A DNA stretch of 64,000 bases from Octopus bimaculoides (GCF_001194135.2 NC_068986.1:32750099-32814098), one strand, 5' to 3'; counted from the stretch's first letter, positions 14,000 through 28,257 are shown. The notes: a model not told the origin generated them from the sequence alone. Numbers and translations are program-made.

Positions 14000-14455
14000 C
14001 GACTACGGCGGTGATGATGGCGGTGGTGATGATGATGATAATGATGATGAAGAAGAGGAGGAGGGGGAGGAGGGGAGTCATGATGATCGTGGTAATGATG
14101 ATGATGATGATGGAGGATAATGCCAATGACAATGATGATGATGATGGCAACGACGATGACGACAACGATAATGGTGGTGGTTGTAGTTGATAATAGTGGT
14201 GATGATGATCATGATCATGATGATGATGGTAGTGATGATGATGATGACGATGATGATGACGAAGATGATGATGATGATCATGATCATGATCATGATCATG
14301 ATCATGATGGTAGTGATGATGAAGATGATGATGATGATGATCATGATGATGACGACGATGATGATGATGGTAGTGATGATGATGATGATGACGATGATGA
14401 TGATGACGATGATGATGATGAAGATGATGATGAAGGTAGTGGTGATGATGATGAC

Positions 14456-14489
<34 letters not shown>

Positions 14490-14516
14490 GTAGTGATGAT
14501 GAAGATGATGATGATT

Positions 14517-14573
<57 letters not shown>

Positions 14574-15149
14574 GTAGTGATGATGAAGATGATGATGATT
14601 ATGATGATGGTCGTGATGATGCTATACTTGATGGTCATGTTAATGATGAATGAGAGGCGGTTGGTAATTGTAGTTGTAGTGGTGACAATGATGATGATGG
14701 AGGTGGTGGGGGGTGGCGGCGGCGGCGATGGTGGCGATGACGGTGGTGGTGATGGTGGTGGTGATGGTGACGATGAGGATGAGGTCGATGATAAGGTGGT
14801 GAAGACTTTGTGTGGTATACGGGGTGAGACGGTGATAAATATTACATTGTCTGTCTCGGATTCGCTAGGGTGTTTAACGACAAAGAAGTGTCATGTGATG
14901 AATAATAAACAAAACAAAAAAACAAACCCAAAGAACCAACACAACAGTGAACAAAACAACAAGCAACAACAATAGCAAATAAAACAATAATAACAATAAC
15001 AACACCAAACTCACCACTATCAAACCTCTGAAAGTAAAATGGAAAAAATTGCCTAAGGCATGTAACTAGTAATAACACTACTCCACCGAATTGAATGTCT
15101 TTACCCCGTCGCAAAAGTAAAATTACAAAATAAGAATAAAATAATAATG

Positions 15150-15208
<59 letters not shown>

Positions 15209-15415
15209 GATGATGATGATGGTGATGGTAATGATGATGATAATGATGATGATGATGATGATGGTGCTGGTGGTGATGATAAGAAGGAGGAGGAGGAGGA
15301 GGAGGAGGAGGTGGAGGAGAAGTACAAGAACAACAACAATGATGATAATAATAATAATAATAATAATAACAATAATAATAATAATAATACTAAGAGTAAT
15401 AATAATAATAATAAT

Positions 15416-15477
<62 letters not shown>

Positions 15478-15560
15478 TAATGATAATAATAATATTGATG
15501 ATGGTGATGATGATGATAAAGACAACAACAACAATACCAATAATAATAACAATGATGTCT
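13959..15560. repeat. Compound (GAC)/(GAT)/(GGT)/(AAT) microsatellite field
   Basis: Continuous trinucleotide runs next to an assembly gap. Confidence 0.95.
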
Positions 15561-15796
15561 TGAGATGTGAAAGAAACAGAAGAAGAAGGGAAAAAAAACA
15601 GGAGTAGAAGATGTTTGCATGGACGACTAAGTAGCTTTAACGGAAAAGGCTTCCATACTTTCTTGTAAAAGTGTTGATGCAAAATGAACAAATGAACATG
15701 GAAGTTCCACGGCGAATCAAAACCGGATGTCTATTTATATGGCCGATGATATGTAGTCTCACAAACACAAACACACACACACACACACACACACAC

Positions 15797-15846
<50 letters not shown>

Positions 15847-15926
15847 CTATGTATGTATGTATGTATGTATGTATGTATGTATTTCTTTCTGAGTATATAT
15901 ATATTTTTGAGTGTATCTGTAAATGT

Positions 15927-15968
<42 letters not shown>

Positions 15969-16201
15969 TTGTATATGCAAATGAATGTGTGTCGGTCGGT
16001 ATGAATATGCTTATATATCGGTATATATATATATATACAAACATACACACGCATAAACACACATGTCTACGAATGAGCATACACACACACACACATATCA
16101 AAATTATCTGTATTCACATATATTTATCTGAATGTATATAAGAATAATTTCGTTTTTGGTATATATATATATATATATGTTTACATCTATCTATCTATCT
16201 A

Positions 16202-16290
<89 letters not shown>

Positions 16291-16819
16291 NNNNNNNNNN
16301 NNNNNNNNNNNNNNNNNNNNNNNNNNNNNNNNNNNNNNNNNNNNNNNNNNNNNNNNNNNNNNNNNNNNNNNNNNNNNNNNNNNNNNNNNNNNNNNNNNNN
16401 NNNNNNNNNNNNNNNNNNNNNNNNNNNNNNNNNNNNNNNNNNNNNNNNNNNNNNNNNNNNNNNNNNNNNNNNNNNNNNNNNNNNNNNNNNNNNNNNNNNN
16501 NNNNNNNNNNNNNNNNNNNNNNNNNNNNNNNNNNNNNNNNNNNNNNNNNNNNNNNNNNNNNNNNNNNNNNNNNNNNNNNNNNNNNNNNNNNNNNNNNNNN
16601 NNNNNNNNNNNNNNNNNNNNNNNNNNNNNNNNNNNNNNNNNNNNNNNNNNNNNNNNNNNNNNNNNNNNNNNNNNNNNNNNNNNNNNNNNNNNNNNNNNNN
16701 NNNNNNNNNNNNNNNNNNNNNNNNNNNNNNNNNNNNNNNNNNNNNNNNNNNNNNNNNNNCAATAGTGTTTGTTGGTGTAAAAAATATTCAGATAATGTTG
16801 ATAATGCTGAAATTTGAGC

Positions 16820-17053
16820 GGGCGGCGAACTGACAGAATCGTTAGCACGCCGGGCGAAATGCTCAGCGGTATTTCGTGTGTCATTACGTTCTGAGTTCGA
16901 ACCCCACCGAGGTCGACTTTGCCTTTCATTCTTTTGGGGTCGATTAAATAAGTGCCATTTGCGTACTGGGGTCGATGTAATCGACTTAATCCTTTTGTCT
17001 GTCCTTTGTTTGTCGCCTCTATGTTTAGCCCTCTGTGGGCAATAAAGAAATAA
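16820..17053 (+). mobile_element. SINE family B, full length with an alternative tail
   Basis: Same head and GAGGTCGACTTTGCCTTTCAT core as 49205, but ends ...TTTAGCCCTCTGTGGGCAATAAAGAAATAA. Confidence 0.9.
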
Positions 17054-17613
17054 ATGCTAAAATGTAGATAATCTGAGTTTTAAAACCTCACTGTTGATTG
17101 CAGCGGATACCATAGTGGAGTATATTCTACTCAGTTGGAAACACCAAGAATGAGGCACACACCCACACACACATCCAAAACTCCGCAGACCGCATGGGTA
17201 ACAGCAAAAAAGACTGACCTCACAATCATTGGATTTTGATGACTATCTCTGTCTCTCTGTCTCTCTCGGTCTGTCTGTCTGTCTGTCTGTCCACCCTCTC
17301 TCTCTCGCTCTCTCTCTCTATATATATATATATAGTTGAAAAATTTCTGTCACATGGGACCTTGAAACCTGCTAGAAAGCAAGAAAGTATACTAGTCCTT
17401 CAATATTTAATATTCAATATTTCATTTATTCAATAAGACATTCAATACTTCATTTCATTTTACTATATATATTATATATTCCATATTCTATATCCCACAT
17501 TAATTTTATAAGAATATAAATAAAACAAAAAACAGACAGAGTTGGAATTATTTTGAATAATATATACACTACCATACGAACCCCCTTTATATATATATAT
17601 ATATATATACATA

Positions 17614-18021
17614 TACTCTTTTACTCTTTAACCTGTTTCACTCATTTGACTGCGGCCATGCTGGAGCACCGCCTTTAGTCGAGCAAATCGACCCCAGGAC
17701 TTATTCTTTGTAAGCCTAGTGCTTATTTTATTGTGCTCTATTGCCGAAGCGCTACGTTACGGGGACGTAAACACACCAGCATCGGTTTTCAAGCGATGCT
17801 GGGGGGACAAACACAGACACAAAAACACACACACATATATATACATATACATATATACGACGGGCTTCTTTCAGTTTCCATCTACCAAATCCACTCACAA
17901 GGCTTTGGTCGGCCCAAGGCTATAGTACAAGACACTTGCCCAAGGTGCCACGCAGTGGGACTGAACCCGGAACCATGTGGTTGGTAAGCAAGCTACCTAA
18001 CACACAGCCACTCCTATGCCT
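17614..18021 (-). mobile_element. SINE family A, full length
   Basis: Near-identical reverse complement of 56181-56617; tRNA-like head with GGGTTCAGTCCC and an internal (TA)/(CA) tract. Confidence 0.95.
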
Positions 18022-19384
18022 AGGATAGAACACTCACATTTAAAACTCGGAGTCTCTCGACAGCGATTCCTTCAAGACTCGCTGTTTTAACTTTATTAAA
18101 CTTGGAAGAGCTAATAAACGACACTGAATTTTGAACAAATCGCTGTCAATAAACTCAGAATTCCGAATGTAAATGATCCTTCATGAGTCACTTAAATCTG
18201 TGTACATGCGTGTGAGTGTGTATGTGCGTGTGTGTGCGTGCGTGTATGTGCCTTTGTGCGTGTGTGTTTGGTGTGTGCACGCGTGTGCGCATGTATATAT
18301 TTTCCTAACCTTTGACTTTTATAACTGAAAGTGATGCTCACGCCATATTTATAAGCTTTTATTTATAGCCTTATTTGATGTTCTTCGTTGACCACTGTTC
18401 CAAAAAGATTCTTATTTCACATTCTCTGGAATGTTTATAAAATTCTTATCACGTCAATAAGACGTATATATNNNNNNNNNNNNNNNNNNNNNNNNNNNNN
18501 NNNNNNNNNNNNNNNNNATATATATATATATATATATAGATAGATAGATACATACATATAATTAAAGAAAGATTTTTTTAAAGGTATTAGCCGTTTAATA
18601 TTTTGTTTATTTTATACAATGTCACCTTTGTGTAAGCAGTTTGTGTATATAATATGTATCCTTTTCAGTGTCTGTATTAACGCTTTCTTTGTTCAACTTT
18701 TCAAACGCAAGTCTTCTAGGCTAATTCCTATAGAGGAAGTTGCTTTTAGTAATGGCATTGACTATTTCTGGTCTATCTTCGCATTTAGAATTCTTATATA
18801 GTATTTTTTCTTTTGCCTTTCGTAGTTGATTATTTTCATCTTTTATTTTATAAAATATATCTGGAAAACTTACGGGGAATAGAATGTAGAAATTTCAAGT
18901 TATTGCTCTGATTCACTAAAGTTTTAATCTACATTTTTCTCTCCCATCGCAACTTGTCTAGGTATTCAGTTAGCTAGTGAGCTATAAAAAAAAAAAAAAG
19001 AGTTTGAGTGGCTTAACGCTACGGTTACGACGGCAAGGTGTGCTACAAAACATTTTGCTCTACGCTCTAACGATTATACAGTTCAGCGCCATAGCAGCCC
19101 CACTTGCACACATTTTCTGCATTATACTAAAGACCTTCTATGAAATCTCTAATCCAACGCGGCAGGCATAAAAAACATAGGAAAGATATATATATATAGG
19201 TCCTGATTTGCTAAACGGCAGTTTGGGTAAGGTTAGAGGGCTTTGGACAATACTTATTGTCGATCATCACTATAGTAACAATAGCAACAACAACAATAAT
19301 CAAACAGCAACCAATCTATTTACGAGATCTAGAATTTAGTGTTGGATATACTTGCAGCTGTTAATTATCTTGTATCTTTTACAC

Positions 19385-19745
19385 ACTTTAGTCATTGTAT
19401 TGTAGCTATTCTGGGCCACACCATGGACAGCTTTAATTGAAAAGATCAAACCCGAATGTCTGTTTAGTTTTGTAAGGCTGTAACTTATTCTATCGCTTTC
19501 TTTTGTGAAGCCACTAAACTACGGGGACGTAAGCAAATCATCAGCGGTTACCAAGCAGTGACTAGGGAGAAAGATAGGTACAAACAGACACCTAGACATA
19601 TACGTACTTACATAGTCACACACACACACATGCACACAAAGACACACACGCACACACTCACACAATACACTCGCACACATATTTGCCATCTACCAAATTT
19701 TCTCACGTGGCACTGATTGGTCCGGGTCTATAGTAGGAAGCAGAG
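19385..19745 (-). mobile_element. SINE family A, old diverged copy
   Basis: Retains ACTTATTCTATCG, TACGGGGACGTAA, CCATCTACCAAAT and CTATAGTAG blocks in family order. Confidence 0.7.
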
Positions 19746-20499
19746 TTGGGTCGAATCTAAAGTTTCGTTACTTTAAAGCGAATTACTGAAGCAGCCACCA
19801 TTGGCTACGCGTATAAAACATACCTATGGCGAATTATATTACAACCGCAGTAGTGCAGTTTTTATTACTTTAAGAGGTGAACATCATTATACAATGTGCC
19901 CTCAATTTATTTTAATTCTAATTTTATGGTTTAATTGAAGGAAAAATTGGCTGCTATTTCTAAAAGTCCGCGCTCATCATTGTAACGATTTCAATGTTAC
20001 GAGAAAACCGAGCCTTTCCTTACGTTCAGTGTTAATATATCCATGTTTATAGTAGATAGGTGCTGTTGGACAATAGCTAAAGCTTTACATCTGAGATTTC
20101 TTATATTTTTGTGGATGCCATGACCGTCTTCCGCTTGCATGGTGATAAGAAAATATTACCCAGCTGAGTGAAAGATATCTCATAAACGGCTTTGCGTGGT
20201 ACGTTTGTAGCAGAAGGGATATTGTTGGTTTTGAAATTGCTTTGATGTTTCTGAAACAACATTTGTTGTCGTAATGCTGCCATTCATGATATTGATGGTT
20301 CTGATGATAGTGTTGAAGGTGGTGATGTCGAACGGTATTGTGTCTCATGTTGTTGTTGGTGGTGGCGGTGGTGGTAGTGGTGGTAGGGATGGTAAGGGAG
20401 TTTATGGTGGTGTTGATGGAGTTTATGGTAGATGGAAATGGAAACTGCTATTAATAGAGTTGATACCCGTTAGTTTATTACTGCTGTTCACTACTACCA

Positions 20500-20855
20500 A
20501 TCCTCCTTCACCTTCTACTCTTCTTCCTCCTCCTCCTCCTTCTCTTCTTCTTCTTCTTCTTCTTCTTCTTCTTCTTCTTCTTCCTCCTCCTCCTCCTCCT
20601 CTTTCTCTTTTTCTTCTTCTATCTTCCTCTTCCTCCTCTTCCTCCTCTTCCTCCTCTTCCTCCTCTTCCTCCTCGTCTTTCTTCTCCTCCTCTGCATCAA
20701 CATCCTCACCACCGTCATGTGTAGCAGTAGTAGAAATAGCAACATCAACGTTGTTGCTACTGCTGCTGCTGCTGCCGTCGACGTCGACTTCAACATCAGA
20801 ATCAACTTCATTGTCGTCGTTCGTGGTCACCGTCATCATCATCATCATCACCATT

Positions 20856-20905
<50 letters not shown>

Positions 20906-21306
20906 GATCGTCGTCATCATCATCATCATCATCATCACCACCATCACCACCACCATCATCACCACCATCATCATCATCATTATCATCATCATCGTCGTCG
21001 TCATCATCATCATCATCATCACCACCATCACCACCACCATCATCATCATCATCATCATCATCATCGTCGTCGTCGTCGTCGTCGTCGTCGTCATCATCAT
21101 CATCATCATCGTTATCATTATCGTTATAGCATAATTATCTCTTTCAAATAGGTCACTGGTTCACATTTCACCACCATCACCACCACAAATACCACCACCA
21201 CCACCACGACCAACAACAACAACAACAAAAACAGCAACAACAGCACCGTCTCCACCACATCACCACAATCATCAGCATTACTACTACATCTACCACAACT
21301 GCCACC
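20500..21306. repeat. Compound (CTT)/(CCT)/(CAT)/(CAC) microsatellite field
   Basis: Trinucleotide runs ending at an N gap. Confidence 0.95.
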
Positions 21307-21977
21307 NNNNNNNNNNNNNNNNNNNNNNNNNNNNNNNNNNNNNNNNNNNNNNNNNNNNNNNNNNNNNNNNNNNNNNNNNNNNNNNNNNNNNNNNNNNNNN
21401 NNNNNNNNNNNNNNNNNNNNNNNNNNNNNNNNNNNNNNNNNNNNNNNNNNNNNNNNNNNNNNNNNNNNNNNNNNNNNNNNNNNNNNNNNNNNNNNNNNNN
21501 NNNNNNNNNNNNNNNNNNNNNNNNNNNNNNNNNNNNNNNNNNNNNNNNNNNNNNNNNNNNNNNNNNNNNNNNNNNNNNNNNNNNNNNNNNNNNNNNNNNN
21601 NNNNNNNNNNNNNNNNNNNNNNNNNNNNNNNNNNNNNNNNNNNNNNNNNNNNNNNNNNNNNNNNNNNNNNNNNNNNNNNNNNNNNNNNNNNNNNNNNNNN
21701 NNNNNNNNNNNNNNNNNNNNNNNNNNNNNNNNNNNNNNNNNNNNNNNNNNNNNNNNNNNNNNNNNNNNNNNNNNNNNNNNNNNNNNNNNNNNNNNNNNNN
21801 NNNNNNNNNNNNNNNNNNNNNNNNNNNNNNNNNNNNNNNNNNNNNNNNNNNNNNNNNNNNNNNNNNNNNNNNNNNNNNNNNNNNNNNNNNNNNNNNNNNN
21901 NNNNNNNNNTAGATACCCACCGGGTGAATTGTACCTGTAATTCAAAAGGAATAACCTCGTCTCACACTGTTACGTGT

Positions 21978-22077
21978 GGAGGCGCAATGACCCAGTAGAG
22001 CAGCGGTCTCGCGGTCGTAGGATCGCGGTTTCGATTCCCAGACCGGGCGTTGTGAGTGTTTATTGAGCCAAAGCACC
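21978..22077 (+). mobile_element. tRNA-derived SINE head (family D)
   Basis: GGAGGCGCAATGACCCAGT...GGTTTCGATTCCCAGACCGGGCG...GTGTTTATTGAGC; matches the reverse complement of ~38045-38114. Confidence 0.8.
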
Positions 22078-23627
22078 AGCATTTCGTCCTACGGCTCTAC
22101 ATCATTTTTTGTCAATTCGTCGCCTATAAACGATGGAGCTGCTAGGGGATAGTTTACCCTGCAAGAAATAGCAACCAGATCGTTTTCAAATCACACTTTT
22201 CACTTAAAAAAAAAACAGGAAGGGCACAGTGGTCATTGACAGGGACGCCTCAAATCTTGACTCTGTTTAATTAGCGCTGACTGGAATGTACACAACAACA
22301 AGACCAATAGCAGAAGCAGTGACAGTAACAACAGCAACAACGACAACCAATTTGTACTTAATTTGTCATGCGAACACATATCTGGTCTTAGCCTAGCAGT
22401 GCTCGAAATAATCTTCATTCAACACTGTATATCAGAAGTGTATTTTTCTCGTGTATCGTGACAGGCTTCACTCCAGCCATGGGCTATGAGTAGCAAAGGA
22501 GACAAATCTTCAGATATTCTCGAGTCTCGACCCTTATAAGCAATCCAAGGAGCGTTTACCTTACCATACTATCCGCTAAAAATAGTATTCATGTCTGAAA
22601 AAACCCCAAAAAACATAGAGAGACAGGAGTGGCACTATTGGAATGCCTTTAATCTCGAACAAGTTCAATCAGAGGAATAAATTTAGACATCAAGTAATAT
22701 ATTCAAAGGTATTTCCAACGCTGTGATATATATTAAACGATATTGATTTTTATTTTATTTCTTGTACAATCTGTTCAGATCTAAAAGATTATTTTATTAC
22801 GTTTTAAGTCATTTCATTTTTTAAAAACATATGTAAGTTAAAATGTAAGGAGTTCCATTGTTAATATGATTGATATCAGTTGGATATTAGCACCAATTCT
22901 TGAATGATTTTATAAGATTATAGAAGACTTTGATAGATCAGTTATCTATCTTCACAGAGAATGGGACATGAATTAATGTTATCCTTTATTCGCATAACCG
23001 TCATATTTGAGAAAATCCTGTTTTTCCAATATATTCTAATAACACATTCATTACAGTTTGCAAGGCTTTATTATTAATCACACGAAACTCACTCAGACAA
23101 TTCCGACTTCTTATCTGACATTATTCAAATCGCTCTTAAATGTGATGGCCATCTTCGTTATCTATGGTGATAAGAATATATTAATTAGGTGAAGGATATC
23201 TCATAAAAGGTATCATAATTTTGTCGCATTAGTTTATTCTATGCTTCTTGAATCTTCGGGCAACAAATTATGTCCAGAGGAAGAGATCGACAGTAGTGTT
23301 GTCATACTCATCCTGTGTTGAGTTGCCATTCATGTATCAATCCTACTTTAATTCATTTCGTATTCTTATGGTACGAAAGCTATGTGTGTGTGGTGCAAAA
23401 AAAAAATGTTTTACAAAAGCTATCACATAAAAGATATCGTACAAAAGATATATTTGAAGTAAATATCACACAAAAGATATTCATAAAAAGATATCTCACA
23501 AAAGATAGACATGAAATTCTCTACCGAAAGATATATCGAAAAAATACCTGTACAAAAGATTTGGATGAAATACATCCAAGAAATAATAAATGTGAAACAT
23601 ATATATATATATACATGTGTGTGAGTA

Positions 23628-23669
<42 letters not shown>

Positions 23670-23890
23670 NNNNNNNNNNNNNNNNNNNNNNNNNNNNNNN
23701 NNNNNNNNNNNNNNNNNNNNNNNNNNNNNNNNNNNNNNNNNNNNNNNNNNNNNNNNNNNNNNNNNNNNNNNNNNNNNNNNNNNNNNNNNNNNNNNNNNNN
23801 NNNNNNNNNNNNNNNNNNNNNNNNNNNNNNNNNNNNNNNNNNNNNNNNNNNNNNNNNNNNNNNNNNNNNNNNNNNNNNNNNNNNNNNNNN

Positions 23891-23955
<65 letters not shown>

Positions 23956-25733
23956 GTGAGAGAAGACATAAAAACATAAATTATGTGTTTGTATTTGTTT
24001 CTACGGAATATTTGGGTTATCATTCATACATACATATGAGCGATAACCCACAAATTCCAGAAAATATAAATACACAAATAAAATAATTTACTTTTAAAAT
24101 TTCTGGATAATAAAATACTTAGATTATAATTCTAAATAAAAAAAAAGGTTGTTTAAAGAAAAAAAACAAACAATATATAACGTAAATGAAAAAAAAAATT
24201 GCAGCAATTTCAATAATATCTTCACTTAGTAGTAAATGATTTTTCATTTAAGGACAAGATAATAAATTTATAGACGAAAACAAAATGATTGTGTTGCCTT
24301 AGAACGTTTATTAAGTGCATTAATGGTGCAAGTGAAATGAAAATGGCTTACACACTTGTAAATAATAGAGTGTACAATGTTCATTCATGTTGTGTTTAAA
24401 TATACATACGGTTGATATTTCTACCATTCTTACAATGCTCTCTTTACTTCTAAACGTACTGATTATGTACCATCTACATTTTGACTATGTACACATCAAC
24501 TATACTGAAATTCAATACCATGACGTGACTTCCCTCTAATTTTCTAGACTTAGTCTAAGCAGGGCTAACCCCACTGCTTCATTGTTCAATGCTCTCCAGA
24601 TCAAATAGTATAATGACCATTGTCTTAGAATAACACCTGTTTCTTTGTCCGAGTATGGAGGAAGTTCAAAAAGCTATGGACATTAATGGTATGTTTCCCA
24701 TGAAAATTCTGAGCGCAGCAACTTTCCAAGTTATACATTGTGAACCTTCCTACCTCTCGATCTGCTCCTCATTCATTCAATATATCTCTGTCCTCCAAAT
24801 CGCTCATACATAGCATGCAATTGCACTTCCTGCTTCTTTCGTTACTTTCTAAATGCTTACACTGTATATACTTCTGGTCTTATTATACACAAGAGGTGAA
24901 AAAAAAAGTGAAAATAAACCAAAAACTATTCCATCACTATTATATCGATCTCAAAGAATAGAAGCGATGAAAATGCTTCAAATGTAGTCTCGTTTCAAAC
25001 AACTTACTGACCAGCGGTGACAACTGCAAATAGATTTTTTTAAAAAATATTAAGAGGGATGGGATATTCCATTTTCCTATTATACAAATAAGGGTCCTTT
25101 TGTCTCAAAGAATTCTGATGAAAGCAAAGATGGTATCCTTGACCGCGACAGAGCTTTCAACCATGTAAGGAAATATGTTTTATATTTTTAATGTTTTGTT
25201 TCGTAAGATAATGACAACGAAGCAGTGACACGGAATTAACTAATGTGTGTGTGTGTATGTGTGTGTGTTTGTGCGTGTGTGTACTTGTGTGTATATAAAT
25301 TCACACAGAAATACCCACATAACTCAGTTAAACTTCGCACTGGATAAAGGGGATAAACATCCCTCTGGTAAACATTCCATTAATGTTATATCACCTGAAG
25401 AAATGGATCCATGAAGATGATCTACCCAATGCACGCGAATACTACGGACTACACTGTAATCATCCAAAGAATACGGACCGTGATCTTAGGAGACATGTGA
25501 TTTGTGGAAACGCCCGTAGCGACGAATTAAATGTTTATAAATTCCATCCAAGGATTATTGTTATACATACAAATGTTTCTGGCACGGGGTATAACACCAG
25601 TGTTGAAATTTCCCAATCGACGTATCATCCTTACATTCGTACTGAGACGTGCCGAGTTCTTTATTTTATATCCGTCAGATAGATATGTAGATAGATAAAT
25701 GTGCATATGTTTCTATATATATGTGTGTGTGTC

Positions 25734-25766
<33 letters not shown>

Positions 25767-26102
25767 TATATGTGTGTATGAATATGCATATTACAACATA
25801 TATTTATACTTCATATACATAAGCAAATACATAAGTTTTCCAAAATGTGTTCCTGTCACAGCGCATTCATCCCAACACGAGAATATTCTGCATATATTTC
25901 AAAACCTGACTGTGTGAAGGCATTCCGTAAGTGATATCTCTACGATGCTGGAGATATGTAACGTTTACATGCGTATATATTCACATGGTTGATAAACGCT
26001 TCACCGAAGTGTATATAAGATTATAAGGGAATGTAGATACACATGTTAAGTTAAATTTTATAGCTAGCCAACCAACCAACCAACCAGCCAACCAGCCAAC
26101 CA

Positions 26103-26161
<59 letters not shown>

Positions 26162-26487
26162 CTCGTAAAATAATCTACTGCAGCTGCTCTTTGTCTCTCT
26201 NNNNNNNNNNNNNNNNNNNNNNNNNNNNNNNNNNNNNNNNNNNNNNNNNNNNNNNNNNNNNNNNNNNNNNNNNNNNNNNNNNNNNNNNNNNNNNNNNNNN
26301 NNNNNNNNNNNNNNNNNNNNNNNNNNNNNNNNNNNNNNNNNNNNNNNNNNNNNNNNNNNNNNNNNNNNNNNNNNNNNNNNNNNNNNNNNNNNNNNNNNNN
26401 NNNNNNNNNNNNNNNNNNNNNNNNNNNNNNNNNNNNNNNNNNNNNNNNNNNNNNNNNNNNNNNNNNNNNNNNNNNNNNNNNNNNNNN

Positions 26488-26533
<46 letters not shown>

Positions 26534-26914
26534 TAGATAGATAGATAGATTCTTGAAATGTGAACGCAGAATTCTTTGGTTTCACAAAACTTCCTTACCG
26601 AACTGGAGATGTCTACTAAAATCAAAAGGGTGATAGGAATGTAAAGATAAATTGACGGGAGGTATCTGATATTACAGTTAAACGAACAAGATAAACAATA
26701 CGGTTGAATAAAACGAAAATAACAATAAAACATAACAAAGCCCTCCTCAAAAAGACAAAAAGTAGAAACGAGAGTGAGAAGTGTATAAAAGCGGTATATT
26801 TCAAAGAAGGGGCGTCAAAGAGCAACCATATTGTATAAGAGATATAGCTGATAATATATATGCACGTGTGCGTATGTGTTGTGTGTGTGAATGTGCATAT
26901 ATATGTATATATAT

Positions 26915-27017
26915 ATATGTATATATAAAGGAGACCACTAGGTGGACTGTTAATGTGCTAGAAGAAGACCACATGTAATGTGTCTACTAAAACCTAATTG
27001 TTCTGAAATGAAATTCA
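26915..27017. repeat. ~100-bp direct repeat, copy 1
   Basis: TATATAAAGGAGACCACTAGGTGGACTGTTAATGTGCTAGAAG...TTCTGAAATGAAATTCA recurs at 27457-27557. Confidence 0.92.
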
Positions 27018-27073
27018 GCGAAATACCAAAACGTATGCGGGCAAGACAGTGAAAATTACATAAATATAAATTA

Positions 27074-27137
27074 TCCGTGTACTAGTTTCGAAATCAACAT
27101 TCTCTTACTGAAAATATCTGTTTCTCGTCAGCACGAA
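27074..27137 (-). ncRNA. Minimal type I hammerhead ribozyme motif, canonical core
   Basis: Minus strand: UUCGUG-CUGACGA-[GAAA...UUUC long helix II]-GAAAC-UA-GUA-CACGGA. Helix I is 6 bp (one GU); helix III is the palindrome ACUAGU. Confidence 0.75.
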
Positions 27138-27456
27138 CTGTAAGGTAGATATAATTCTCAGAACCCTATACAAGTTGTTCCTCCATTAATGGCGAACGTG
27201 CATATGGTTCTGCTAATTACACTTAATGGTAAAATTCAAAAGTCTTCATTTTGGCGCGCTAATTCCGGAAATATCTCTGCAGAAAATGGTTACTGCATCG
27301 CATATACCCACTTTGAGAACTTGGTTATGGTTAATCAAATTAAAAGAGTAGGGTAAAAATTGGATATTAATTAATATCAATTCATTACCAGAAAGTAAGC
27401 ACATAAAAAGAATCAGAGAGATTCAGAAAAATATCTGAGAACTCAAGGTATTATTG

Positions 27457-27557
27457 TATATGTATATATAAAGAAGACAACTAGGTGGACTATTAATGTG
27501 CTAGAAGATCACATGTAATGTGTCTGCTAAGACCTAATTGTTCTCAAATGAAATTCA
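27457..27557. repeat. ~100-bp direct repeat, copy 2
   Basis: Diverged copy of 26915-27017 with a 3-nt indel; offset 540-543 nt. Confidence 0.92.
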
Positions 27558-28257
27558 CAGCTTTCCCTCGTTTATAATTGACTGTTTCCACTCAAAGTTT
27601 TTGACTCAGTAAAATTATTAATTATCCACTTTTCCATTGGTGTATAATTGGTGAGACACAGATGAATCAGGGAGCGAGGGCTAGTCTATGGAATATGAGC
27701 ATTCTGTCCACCCCCATCCAGGCCATTACCAAAAAGACTTTATATTTCTTTTCTCCTTTTCTCCTTCCTTTTTTCCGTCCTTCCAACTCTTTAATTCTCA
27801 CTTTCGTCTTCCACTTTTCTTCCCTCCATTTGTTCCTCTCCACCGTGTCGTCCACCTCTCCTTCATCCATTTTCTACATCCTTCCTTCCTTCCTTCTTTT
27901 GTTCCTTCCTTCTTTTGTTCCTTCGTTCGTTCGTTCGTTCGTTCGTTCGTTCGTTCCTTCCTTCCTTCCGTCCTTCCTTCCTTCCTTCCTTCCTTCCTTC
28001 CTTCGTCCCTTCCTTCCTTCCGTTCTTCCCTCACCACTATTCTGCCAGTCATCTATTCTACTTCCGATGCTGATTTTCAGTTCTGCTCTCCTTCTCTTCA
28101 CTCCCTTCACACTCTCTTCCCCACCCTGTGCACTTCACTCTCTCATTCTTTTGTCTCATTTCAGGCTGTTTTAAAGTTTTACGTACATGTACACTCACAC
28201 ATACAGGCCAGCGCACTCACACAAATGTATATGGATATATGCTTACATTCACGCTTG

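Noticed and set aside
22565-22594. 30-nt minus-strand segment with a strong acceptor and donor
   Set aside because: Stop codons in all three frames; a non-coding exon cannot be supported from sequence alone.
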